A DNA stretch of 64,000 nucleotides from Hormiphora californensis. Lineage: Eukaryota; Animalia; Ctenophora. The stretch spans positions 5,146,001 to 5,210,000 of the forward strand of contig CM035357.1 of assembly GCA_020137815.1 (NCBI GenBank), given 5' to 3'. The notes below the pieces were generated by a model. That model was not told the DNA's origin, searched no databases, and saw only the letters and a program-made list of their open reading frames with translations. The translations under genes were made by a program, and so were the position numbers. Shown here piece after piece: positions 28,279 to 39,630 of the stretch. How positions within the stretch are numbered: the stretch's first letter is position 1; each line of letters opens with the position of its first letter.

Positions 28279-31187
28279 CGCCTTCCGCGGCTAGTGACTG
28301 TCGGTGGAAGTTTTCTTTTATCAAGGACTCATTGGAGAATCCGTCAATACCCATCCTTTGCACCGGTATTACGGAGACCTGGTGGCATGATGATTTCTCT
28401 GATGCCCAATTGGAGATTGAAGGCTTTCACCTAACTCGTTGTGACAGAGCGGGTAGAAGAGGTGGCGGTTGTGCACTCTACATTAACAATCAACTGACCC
28501 CTTCCTCTGAGTTCAGATTCTCAGACACGTCCAATAGTGCGGCTGCTGTATACATCAAGGAGACCCACTCGGTTTTCTGTGTTGTGTACAGGGCGCCATC
28601 TTCCCCTGCGAATGACCTTTTTGATGATCTATCCCGTTTCATTGATCAGTGCGAACTCGACAAGGGTTGTCCTGACATCTATGTTATGGGCGACTTCAAT
28701 ATGCCAGACATAGACTGGGGAACACTCACTGGAGGACCTAACCCTTGCTCACAGATGCTACTAAAATTTGTGAACTCATATTTTCTCACTCAGCTTGTTG
28801 ACTCCCCAACACGGGGCTTGAATATTCTAGACCTCGTTCTCACCAACCGGCCAGACTATGTCTTCAAAACTGAGGTATCGGAGTCGTGTATTTCTGACCA
28901 TAATATGATCAGCTCTACACTTGGGTTTGGTATCTTACCCACTCGTCAATCAGACCATCGATTCACGGACTTTGATATTTACAACTTTCATGAGGCTAAC
29001 TTCCCTGAAATGTGTAGGGAGTTAGACCAGATCGACTGGCTAGCACTCGCCGACATCTGCGATGACGGTGATGGTTCTGATTTCGTTCAACTTTTCACCC
29101 TGACTGTTCTACAGGTCTTATCTCACCACTCTCGTAAGAAGAAGGCCCGTAAAAAAAGAAGGGACCCTGTTCTCAGGAAATTGAAAGTGAAACAGCGGAG
29201 TTTGAATAAACGGATTGCTCTTGCACGGCAGAATAAACCTCACCTTTTGCCACAGCTCGAGATTGGTGTTTCCAGAATTACTTGGGAAATTTTGTGCCAC
29301 ATTTCTCAGCGACTTGACAGTGATGAAAACGAGGCGCTGACAAAACTCAAAGCTAACCCAAAATTCTTCTGGTCATACGCCAACCGAAAGAGGAAGACCC
29401 GGTCACGTATACCTCCTTTACAGACAAGTGATGGTTCACTCACTGACGTTCCCGCTATGAAGGCAGAACTGTTTCAATCTCAATTCACATCTGTTTTCAG
29501 CACTCCTTCAAACTCTTCCTCAACAGCTGCAGACAACATCATTCCTTCTACATGCAGCCTTTCAGACATCGTTTTCTCCACCGCTGATATTGAAAAGGCA
29601 CTACATGACCTCAATCCCTATTCAGCCGGCCCTCCAGGAGATGTACCTGCCAGAATTTTACGTGACTGCCGATCATCGCTGTCCTACCCCCTATCCATCT
29701 TATGGGACAAATCGTTTGATTCTGGTATTGTACCACCCTGTCTGAAACTTCAGTACATTGCACCCCTCTACAAAAAGGGTCCTAAAATGAAAGCTGAAAA
29801 TTACCGCCCGATCTCCCTCACCAGTCACATTGCCAAGACATTTGAACGGGTTGTAAGATCTCAAATGGTGTCATACTTTGAATCAGAGAACTTGTTTAAC
29901 GAGTCTCAGCATGGGTTTAGAAGCAAGAGGAGCTGCTTATCCCAACTCACTCGTCACATTGACAATATTCTGAACAATCTCAACGACCTTCTTGAAGTGG
30001 ATGTAATCTACTTGGACTTCGAGAAGGCGTTTGATAAAGTTGACATCGGTATACTTCTCGAAAAGCTGCAGAGATATGGAGTTAAGGGCAAACTCCTTGA
30101 ATGGATCCGCAGCTTCCTACTAAACCGGAAACAAACGGTCTTAGTCGACGGCGTAGCGTCTTCTTTTGCAGAAGTCAGAAGTGGGGTCCCACAAGGGACT
30201 GTTCTCGGTCCACTTTTATTTCTGATCTATGTAATTGACCTGGAATCCGTAATCAAACACGGTTCTTCTTTGTCGTTCGCTGATGACACTAAAATCTTCT
30301 CTGCTATCCGTACTATGGTTGACAAATTGAACCTACAGGAGGATCTGAACAGTGTGATAACCTGGGCTGACGCTAACAATATGTCCTTGCACCAGTCAAA
30401 GTTCGAGGTCATGAATTTCACCCTGAATCACACCAGTTCGCTTAGAGAAGTACCGTTCAGTGCTGAGAACTATTCCTATCAACTCTCTGATGGGAGGTTC
30501 ATCGATCCAACAGACACTGTCCGAGACTTAGGTGTTCTACTCTCGAGTGATGGTCAATGGTCGGCCCAAATATCTCGAGTTGTTACCACGGCTAGTCGGG
30601 TTGCTGGATGGACATTAAGTGCATTTAGATCCAGAACTCGCCGCACCATGATGACTCTTTACAAGTCACTGGTGCGTCCCCATCTTGACTACTGTTGCAC
30701 ACTGTGGTCACCTTCCAAAAATGGGGATATTAGTCGTGTTGAGGATATTCAACGATCGTACACCCGTAAGATCGTTGGTCTCAAGGGGCTGAACTACTGG
30801 CAACGTCTTCAAACCCTGGGACTTTTGTCGCTTCAGCGCCGACGTGAGAGGTACACTATGATTCTTGTGTGGAAAGTGTACAACAATGAGATACCCAATA
30901 GTACTGACATGTGTTTCGTCGACAGGCACCGCTCTGGCCCTAGTGCTGTCGTCCCTCGATACTCGTACGAGGCTCAACGATCTAACCTGTCGCTATATGA
31001 ACAATCATTTGCGGTACTGGGGGCAAGGTTGTGGAACACTTTGCCTCGATCTGTAAAGGAGGCCCCAACTCTTTATCAGTTCAAATCTCAGCTAGGTAGT
31101 TTCCTCTCTACCATTCCGGATACACCCCCCATCAGCGGTTATCCTGCTCAAGCAAACAGTAACTCAATACTAGAGTGGTGTCCATGA
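28038..31187 (+). CDS. LINE ORF2, AP endonuclease plus reverse transcriptase (CR1/L2-group-like), intact; frame open from 28038
   Basis: INARSL, ITETW, GDFN, LDLVL, SDH (APE); NYRPISL, QHGF, DFEKAFD, GVPQGTVLGP, FADD, DLGV (RT). Confidence 0.93.
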   Translation, partial: HPFTRGFSHGIDGLSEGRDSSRSKDVTELISTVLQGRDDEGTHTPAQTSDTHTTRPEHPDQLPRGSGTVSELLLINARSLTPSAASDCRWKFSFIKDSLENPSIPILCTGITETWWHDDFSDAQLEIEGFHLTRCDRAGRRGGGCALYINNQLTPSSEFRFSDTSNSAAAVYIKETHSVFCVVYRAPSSPANDLFDDLSRFIDQCELDKGCPDIYVMGDFNMPDIDWGTLTGGPNPCSQMLLKFVNSYFLTQLVDSPTRGLNILDLVLTNRPDYVFKTEVSESCISDHNMISSTLGFGILPTRQSDHRFTDFDIYNFHEANFPEMCRELDQIDWLALADICDDGDGSDFVQLFTLTVLQVLSHHSRKKKARKKRRDPVLRKLKVKQRSLNKRIALARQNKPHLLPQLEIGVSRITWEILCHISQRLDSDENEALTKLKANPKFFWSYANRKRKTRSRIPPLQTSDGSLTDVPAMKAELFQSQFTSVFSTPSNSSSTAADNIIPSTCSLSDIVFSTADIEKALHDLNPYSAGPPGDVPARILRDCRSSLSYPLSILWDKSFDSGIVPPCLKLQYIAPLYKKGPKMKAENYRPISLTSHIAKTFERVVRSQMVSYFESENLFNESQHGFRSKRSCLSQLTRHIDNILNNLNDLLEVDVIYLDFEKAFDKVDIGILLEKLQRYGVKGKLLEWIRSFLLNRKQTVLVDGVASSFAEVRSGVPQGTVLGPLLFLIYVIDLESVIKHGSSLSFADDTKIFSAIRTMVDKLNLQEDLNSVITWADANNMSLHQSKFEVMNFTLNHTSSLREVPFSAENYSYQLSDGRFIDPTDTVRDLGVLLSSDGQWSAQISRVVTTASRVAGWTLSAFRSRTRRTMMTLYKSLVRPHLDYCCTLWSPSKNGDISRVEDIQRSYTRKIVGLKGLNYWQRLQTLGLLSLQRRRERYTMILVWKVYNNEIPNSTDMCFVDRHRSGPSAVVPRYSYEAQRSNLSLYEQSFAVLGARLWNTLPRSVKEAPTLYQFKSQLGSFLSTIPDTPPISGYPAQANSNSILEWCP

Positions 31188-31880
31188 TGCGTGTTAGTGT
31201 GTTATGTGTCGCTGTGCTGTGAGTGTACTGAGTATTGACTCTTTTTAGGAGGTTTATCTTTTTAAATATCCTGTGTGTTACGCAAATTTATGAATTTCAT
31301 TTCAATCAAGTCAAACGGACTTCAGGGGCCAAAGTTATAAGCACCGCCGTTTTTTCGCTCGCAAAGTTATCTTCGACCTAGCCGGGCCCGTCCTGAGCTC
31401 AGGCCAAACGCGCGCGCGGCATTCCCTTCAGTCCCCTCGTTGCGGGGGTGCGCGCATGAGGGGGCTGCAGCGCATTCCAACACTTTTTTCAGCCAAAAAT
31501 CGGGACTTAAAAAACGCGCCTGAGCTGCGAATTTTGGAAAGTAAGCCGCGCCGCGCGTAGTGTCGCAGCTTTAAAGCAAAAAGTACGCGTTCAACCAAAT
31601 TCTTCCACAAATAACTTCCCATAAAGCAAGCGACTCAAAGACCAAAGTATTACTTTGGTCTTTAAGTAATCACACATTTTCTTTTCGTCCGATTTTACCG
31701 TGTGAACCAAGTAACGATTGACTGATATAACGGGCTAACAAATAAATAATGAAAACAATACAAACATTAAAATAGGATAAAATAATTAAAAATGATCCAC
31801 CTTCATCAATGGTCGTCACTCAGTCCAATGATTTTTATTTTCAGTTGTCCTAAAGCTACCATACTCCATAACAATCGTAC

Positions 31881-32699
31881 GGGGGGGGGCCGGCTGAAGT
31901 TTTTGAAGTCAACTTCAAAAACTTCAAAGCGAAACTTAGGGTGGAAAACTTCAAAAACTTCAAAAACTTCAAAAACTCATATCTCCTAAACCGTTGGAGA
32001 TAGGCCCTATGTTGCTTCATAACTCTTATATAAACTTGCATATTCCGAACAAGATGCACCCCTTTAAAAAGCCTATAGTCACTCATAAACCATTAAAACT
32101 GGTCTAGCCCAAAAAAAGTCATGCGCACACACAAAATTATGAAAATATCCCATTATCCCTCGAATTAGATGAGGTGGAGACTTCATTTTGGCACGTACCC
32201 CCACTAACTCGAGGCCGCTGATGATTTTGGTGTCCATATTTTTTCACTACTCCCTTCATAAAAAATTTGCATTTTGTGAGACTGGCAAAAAGGGTGTGGC
32301 CCCAAAAAAATTTTTGAAAATTTACTTCATAACTTTTAAACACTTTCTTAGCATTTTCTAGGCAATTTTTTGAGTTATAGAATGAAAATAAAATCTGTTT
32401 TTACAAAAAATTTAAATCTTTTACACCAAATTGTGCCATGGATTTCATGGCTAGGAATCATTGTAAATATCCTAATTTGTGGTAGAAAAAGGGAAGACAA
32501 GGACGGATAACTTTGCCACAATATGTATTAAGCATGAAACTAACCTAAACAAGTGTAATAATAGTCACTGATAGCATATAAAAGTAGTTTAGAGTTTTTG
32601 AAGTTTTTGAAGTTTTTGAAGTCAACTTCAAAAACTTCAAAAACTCAAAAAGTAGGGTGGAAAACTTCAAACTTCAAAAACTTCAGCCGGCCCCCCCCC
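31881..32699. mobile_element. MULE-like non-autonomous element with G-run TIRs and 9-bp subterminal repeats
   Basis: G9-CCGGCTGAAGTTTTTGAAGT inverted ends; TSD (C)AATCGTAC; empty site ~57500. Confidence 0.85.
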
Positions 32700-32831
32700 C
32701 AATCGTACAATATTCTCAACTGTCCATCACTTTTCACAATACAACCATGGCACTTTTTTTAATTGCCAAGTTCATCAGTTCATATTGGTAACCAGGCCAC
32801 GGTAACACCTCTTGGTAACCATGGTAACCCA

Positions 32832-35800
32832 TCACCAATCCATCTTATTCTCCTTATTCTCTTCTTTGACCGCTCCACTTTTACTGTGGCACTCCTCCGC
32901 AAACTTTCTAAACAGGTCTACGCTGGATTTTAGGGATGTTTTAGCGTAGTCAGGGACCTTATTGCCTGACTCCTCCCCTTCCTTCCAGTTCCCCATCTCT
33001 TCTACCAACTGTTCCAAAGTCTGAACACGGGGGAGGAATGTAAATATTGGTGATAAAAAGGATTCATATCCACAAAAAAGGGGGAAAGATCGGTAGAACT
33101 TCGACATTTAGGGCAGTTCATTTTAGGGCATGTTGTCCAATTAGCATGAAGCGGGCACACGGAAATACTGCACTTACCGGGACAGTAAAGGGATCAAAAG
33201 TGTCCACGTCCTTCGCTAGGAACGGGATACAGACCCGCCCAGTTTTGGGATGAACAGAGAAGGGAGATTTGAGAAGATGGTTGAGGCCCTTTGTCACATT
33301 GACATCCAACCGGGGATAACACAGCTGAAATAGAGGGGATATTGGGAAACTCGATCGTTGTATGTATGAGATTGTGCTGTACACTGTAATGCAGGAGTCT
33401 CCCGTTTCACTTGTCTCATATATAAGACCGTCCTCTTCGCACCGGGCCGGGGTACAGTCAGTGCCTGACAACGTTTCACGTACTGTACAGTGTACAGTAT
33501 GTGAAACTAGAGACTCCTGTTATAGTACAGAGCTTTTCTTGTTCAATCACTTTAAATTTTGATATGAAGTTTCTAGCTGATCACCTGCAGAACAACTTCT
33601 TTGATCGCATTATTTTTCTGCTTCCTCGCTTTAGCATATTCAGCCCAGGCACTTTTTAACAGGCTCCATTTCTTCTTGCTATCACCTGGACTTGCAGCCC
33701 AGTCTGCCATGTCATTTTGAATGGTCTTGGCCGGGAACATGTTTAGCACCTGCAGAGGGGGAGTTTAGAGTTGGAATAATAGTAAATGCTGAACCCGGCC
33801 GACCCGATTTGAGTGCAAAACAGGGTCTAACGCCGCTGGACAGTGGACACTAGGGTGTGCTAAGTGAAAATTTTGTCGACTTGGCCAATAGTTTAAGGGT
33901 AGATATGAAACTATGGACAATTGTCTACTACATCCTGAAATCGGAATTGGGGTAGTGTATGTCAATTACGTGGGCCAGGCGATTAAAAAAGTTTAATTTT
34001 TTACCGAAAAAAGGAAAATATTTGTGTTTTACACCAGTGTTTGGCATGTTCTTGATATCAAATTTTTATGGTCAGGGTCGTGTTCAGCGGTTTGATACCG
34101 ATCAGAATGGATGTGTATCATGAAAGTTAGCCAAAGTTCATTTTTTACCTGAACATGTTCATTTTGGACCAAAAATGTTCATTTTTGACTAAAGATGGTC
34201 ATTTTGGTCATTTTCTTCAATTTTGAGAGCTTTTTCATGAACGGGATCGTGTTCAGCAGGTCAAAATTAGTCGGTTACAACCAGAATTTGCTTTCCGACA
34301 AATAAAATCTCAAAAAGTTAAAATTCGTCTCCACTAATACTGCAAAGTAGGAAAATGTGCAAGAAAAAAAGATGAAAAAAAAATGTTTTCATTATAAAAT
34401 GGAGTTCTGAAGGTACATACTGGAAATAATGGTTGTACTGGTTCTCATGAGGCGATTCATATGTGTGGTTTTTTCGAAATAACGCCCCAAAAAACATTTT
34501 TTGATATGAATATGCCCATATATGGGCATACATCGGCCCACGTAATTGGGCCAGGGTAGGACTAAAATTTTTTTACCAAATGTTTTAGAATGATCGTAGG
34601 AACTCATTCTAGGGGTAAACTTTGTGAAAATTGGATTTGATTTATGAGTTGGGAAAAATAGCACACCCTAGTGGACACTGATAATAGAGCACAGTGGTCT
34701 TTTGGTGGTCACTAAGAATTTTACGAAAAATTGTTTTTGAACCTATCTGGTAGCTTTTCGAGCGTAGAATCCAATGCACCCCTCACTCATGCCTTGAATT
34801 TTTGAGGAAAGTGGTGTTTTTCCAAAAAGAAGGGTAATTGAAAAATTTTCGAAAAATTTTTTATGAGCTTATCTGGTAGCTTTTTTTTGTTTTGTACAAA
34901 CTCTTTTATTTTATTTTATAAAAAAAGTCTAACCTGGCAAGCTTTTTTGACGTAGAATCAAATATACCCCTCACTCATGCCTTGATTTTTTGAGGAAAGT
35001 GGTGTTTTTTCAGTTTTTAGTCTTTTTAGGCTTCTTTGACAACCATACTTAAAATTTAGCTGGAGCAGGTGAAATGGGGATCCATAACAATTTAAATGTG
35101 GTTGATAGTAAGAAATCGAACAAATTTATATCTCATTCAAAAATTTTTTTTCAAACTTCATCCAGGGCGTTTTTATGGTCAAATAACGAAGAAAACTTGA
35201 TTTTTCGACCATAATATACAATAGTACGCGCTTGAAACCTTTTTTATCTGAAAGGCCAGACAATTTCCTATCTTTTGGTCTATAGGACATCGATGAGGTT
35301 CGATGAGGAGGCTGGGGAGAAAGCGTTAAAGAAGGCATGTATGGTTACTTTAAAAAAAAACGATCATTTAAAAGTTTGAGACCTAACTAAACACGTTTCC
35401 CGACCTTATTTTACACGTAGAATCGATTGCCGATAGAATTAGAACTCTAATATTGAAGGAAAACGGTGAAAACGCGTTTTTTCGTCTTATACATACACGC
35501 CTTCTTTAACGCGTTCTCCCCAGCCTCCTCATCGAACCTCATCGATGCCCCATAGACCAAAAGATAGGAAATTGTCTGGCCTTTCAGATAAAAAAGGTTT
35601 CAAGTGAGTACTATTGTATATTATGGTCGAAAAATCAAGTTTTCTTCGTTTTTTGACCATAAAAACGCCCTGGATGAAGTTTGAAGAAAAATTTTTGACT
35701 GAGATATAAATTTGTTCTATTTCTTACTATCAACCACATTTAAATTTTTGTGGGTCCCAATTTTAAGTATGGTTGTCAAAAAAAATTTTTTCCTTAATGA

Positions 35801-37114
35801 CCACCTACTCCCATGAAAAAGGCCACTGTGTAGAGGTTGATATAGTCTAAAGTCTTCCAAGACCTGAAATTCACAGAAAACAATTTGACGATATACCTGA
35901 TTCCTCTTCTCAGGGGTGGACAAGAAATCCTGGTTACGAATCATCAGCTCGTCAAAATACCCCGCTGTAATCTCTACGGCTCTCTCAATAGCAGGGTGGA
36001 GGGCTCCAGGGAGGAGAACCTTCTTCGACTGGTTATCTCCCCCAACCACCACAGACATGTAGTCAGCTATTGCTCCCCTTCCTGACAACAATTGGGGGAA
36101 GATATAGGTAACGATATAAAACAAGGGAGTGAGTGATGGGAATTGTGTAGCTCACACGCTCTGTGAGGGTTCGGGAGGAAGAATACCAAACATTGGCTCA
36201 GTATCCAACTTGTCTGCTTACCAGAGTTGTTTAGCTTCCTGGCCGTTTCATCAGCAATCCAACAATGAATACCCCTCCTTCCCGAGTAGACCCATAGGAT
36301 TTGGGAAAACCCGAAATCTGTCCTCAGCGCCTCATCTAGGACTTTAACTGCAATCTTCATAAAGACCCAACAGCTTGGACAAATATTGGCCTCCTGGCAA
36401 CACGACCTGCAGTGGGTGATTATTAGGGACCAACTTGCAAAAAGCACCAGGGTATATAGCAGTATGTGTAATGTGATTGTAGGAGTGAAGCTAAACGGGA
36501 AAATTAGGAAACATTGGGGCTGATGAAAGAGAGGTCTTTGTTACACCCACCTCACATCATCGTAATCTGTCATGTCAATATCAAACACAACCTCTCTCTC
36601 CATCGCTGTGAATGCCCCACTTTTAAATGCCTTGTGGTCCTTAGGTTTGGCATTGTAAACCGCACCAACGTCAATCTTAAACGGGTTCACTGCACGAAGC
36701 TCCTTCTTGAATTCGTCCTGGTTCGAAAAGGACTTGTACCTGGAGGAGGGGGTTTAGGAGGTGATAACCAAAGGTGATAACCAAATCTTGGTTGATTTCC
36801 AGGAATGTTATGTAGGGGAGAGAAGGACAATGAGGGGGTAGATTTTGTCTAGCTCAACCCACTTTCCGTACGCTCCTCTTTACAAATGTAAAGGAGGGTT
36901 AGAAAAGGGTAGAGTAAGGACCCCTTACTCAACAAATAACGAGGGGTAGATTAAGATCTCACCGTAGGTATATATCCCCGTTTAGGGTGAAAGAGAACTC
37001 CCGTTTAGCAAGGTAGTCTGGTGAGCCATAGGATAACCATTTGATATAGGGGCTATACGGGAACAACTTGGAGTAGTAGATCTTCAGATGTTCCTCTATG
37101 TCGGCAACCGGCAT
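32832..37114 (-). CDS. PRIM1: DNA primase small (catalytic) subunit, ~7 exons
   Basis: KREFSFTL..DIYLRY, FDIDMTDYDDVR, VYSGRRGIHCW, YPRLDVNVTKGLNHLLKSPFSVHPKTGRVCIP. Confidence 0.96.
33851..34670. mobile_element. hAT-type non-autonomous element in a PRIM1 intron
   Basis: TAGGGTGTGCTA...TAGCACACCCTA; 8-bp TSD GTGGACAC. Confidence 0.88.
34690..35830. mobile_element. Transib/RAG-like non-autonomous element
   Basis: Ends CACAGTGG...CCACTGTG; 5-bp TSD TAGAG (34685-34689, 35831-35835); single TAGAG at the empty site ~58685; internal ~300-bp inverted repeat. Confidence 0.85.
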
Positions 37115-37920
37115 GGTATCTGATATTTGAGATATTTGGGTAGAATCGTGGTGTTTATAATTGGGGTAGAGATGTTTCGGGATCAGCTGATTTAGCGAGT
37201 TGGTAGTTGAAAAAAGTAAACACTGTGATCTAAGAGATCGATCTAAAAATAATCTTACTCAGAGAGGTACACAAAACTAAGAGAGCAAAGCTAATACAAC
37301 GATATATTACCATGAGAAATCCTCTTCAATACATATTCGATTTTCATGTGAAATTTCATTTTTGGACAATATTTCGTTCATACATCTCTTCCCAAAAAAA
37401 CAAACTATGCCTGCACATGTGTCTACAACCTCTCTCTCTCTCTCCAGTACCCTAAGATCTCTCTTCATCTACGTATTTTACAACTAACTACAACGTACTA
37501 GAAACTGTGGTGAATATGATGAGACATGTGTGGGGACTAGATCTAGATGTGTGAACTAGATGTGTGAGGTTTTATCTTGCCTTGTTTTGAACAAAACGAC
37601 TTTTATCATGGAGAGATGGGAGCAGTAATATATATAATAGAAAGCATAGATCATGGAGACTCAAAACCTGTCAGGACAATGCTGTGACAGTTCAAAACTA
37701 GTATTGTTTTGGCGAGAGAAACTCCACACAAATACACACACACACACACACAGACAAACAAAACCGATCTCTCTCTCTTCTCCAAAGCAGGAGTTGTTAT
37801 GTTCAATGCCCCTCCTTTAGGGGCCGAACAAGGCAAAACAGGTGATGGGCTGTAAAAGTAGCATTTAATCCTAGGGCCAGCCGCGGACCGTGATGATGAA
37901 AAAGGCTCCAGTGAGTTGGT

Positions 37921-39064
37921 TTAGGCTGATGGCATGGGGATGGCAGTATCTCCGTTGTTTGTAGGCTGTTCTGTTACTGTTTCTCCCATTGTCCTCTCTT
38001 CTGTCTCTTCTAGATCTTCCGGCCTGTTAAGAAGTTGGGTCAGACTCATGGGAGAGAATGTGTACATATGCATACCTCTGTTATGTGTGAGTGTGAATGT
38101 GCTATGGGAATATGCGGGTGATTGTATTGTGTTTCCTACGGCTTTCTCTCTCCCTCCCCCTCTCTCTCTCTCCCTCCCCCTCCCCCTCCCGCCTCTCTCT
38201 CCCTCCCTCGCTCTCTCCCCTACATACCTGACATCTGTGTAGTCCTCCTGTTCTCGGTCCAGTTTCCCACAGCAGTTGCAGCAACAGAAGCAGCAACAGC
38301 AACAGAAGCAACAACAGGTCAGGATAAAGATTATCGTTCCTACCACCTGGAGAGAAGGGGTGGTTAAATCTCAAATACGCCAAACTCATCCGTTCAAATG
38401 CCAAACAGCTTAATTTCACCATTCAATTTCGTCATCCATGTCAAATTTCAGAAATTCAGTCCGTGTGAGAGAAAGAGCCGTGCGCCAAATGCTGACAATA
38501 CATACTGCGCGCGGCTATCACGAACTCCTGCTAGTCGCAAAAGATGTCCTGCAAATATTGTCCCACATTGCGCTGTGTGTGCTACCAGCAGAGCGCAAGA
38601 GAGAAAGAAGTAGAGACGACAGCAGGACGATTTTAAATCCAACGATTTCCGGCACAATCAGATACGTCACAGAATACTAGAGATAGTTAACGGACCGAAA
38701 CATCTGATTTATTGCAGTTTCTAGAGAAATGCATTTCTCTTGAAATCTGTCAGACCTTACACACACGAACATGACGTATGATACACACAGCAATCTAGTG
38801 GCCGCGGACTAATGATTGTTAATTGGCCTAATTAGGTCTGACACGATCTCTCACACGTACACACTGTGGCGGTTGTTAAGATTTCCTAGTATTTCCGATT
38901 CTAGGAAAGTTTAGCATCGCTTACTTGTATTTCAAATTTGAAGTTCAAGACATCAATTTTACAAATTCTTAGTGATAAAATTTTCAATTTGAAATTTGAA
39001 ATTTCCAAGATCTGCTACTTACTCTGCAGAAGGTGCTGTTCATACAGTAGTAGATACCGACGTT
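37921..39064 (-). CDS. DNAJC5: Cysteine string protein (DnaJC5), last three exons only; J-domain exons absent
   Basis: NVGIYYCMNSTFCR/VVGTIIFILTCCCFCCCCCFCCCNCCGK.../..TVTEQP..AIPMPSA*. Confidence 0.85.
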
Positions 39065-39267
39065 CTGAAAAGAAAATTGCGTTAGATTTCGAAACAAAAT
39101 GTTTGTGTTGGAATTTTCAAGAAATTTCTAGCTGACATGTTCCGGGGAAAAAAGGGGAGAGATGTGCGGGGAAAGGTAAATTGCATTTCTCGGTACACCA
39201 CATTCAGTCTACGTCACATGGAGAGATGTGAAAACAGAAAACACAGCGTGTCATGTAACACTCTGGT

Positions 39268-39334
<67 letters not shown>

Positions 39335-39630
39335 ATGAGTGGTAGAGCTAAAAAGCTCTTCTCGTTCCCCTTTTTCCTTTTTTCCCCCCCTTTTTTCCCC
39401 CCCTAATAGATCAGGTAGAGAGGGCGGTAGAGTGGGGGATTGGGAGTTGGAAAATCTGGTCAAGATTGAGGGGGTAAGGATATTTTTGGGGATGTTTGGT
39501 GAGTGAGAGAGCTTCGTCGTCCGGTAGACGGTTGTATTCCCATATATGGCAGGCAAGAGATTTAGTGGAACTTAAAAAGAATATTATTGACCATTATATC
39601 GTACTGAGGAGGGCGGGTGGTGTTATCGTA

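Larger units (their letters stand above)
26385..31480. mobile_element. Non-autonomous DNA element (MULE-like by TSD) hosting a nested LINE
   Basis: Imperfect TIR TTGGCATACGTTGCAGGCCCCT / AGGGGGCTGCAGCGCATTCCAA; 9-bp TSD CACTTTTTT; empty site ~57134. Confidence 0.65.
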
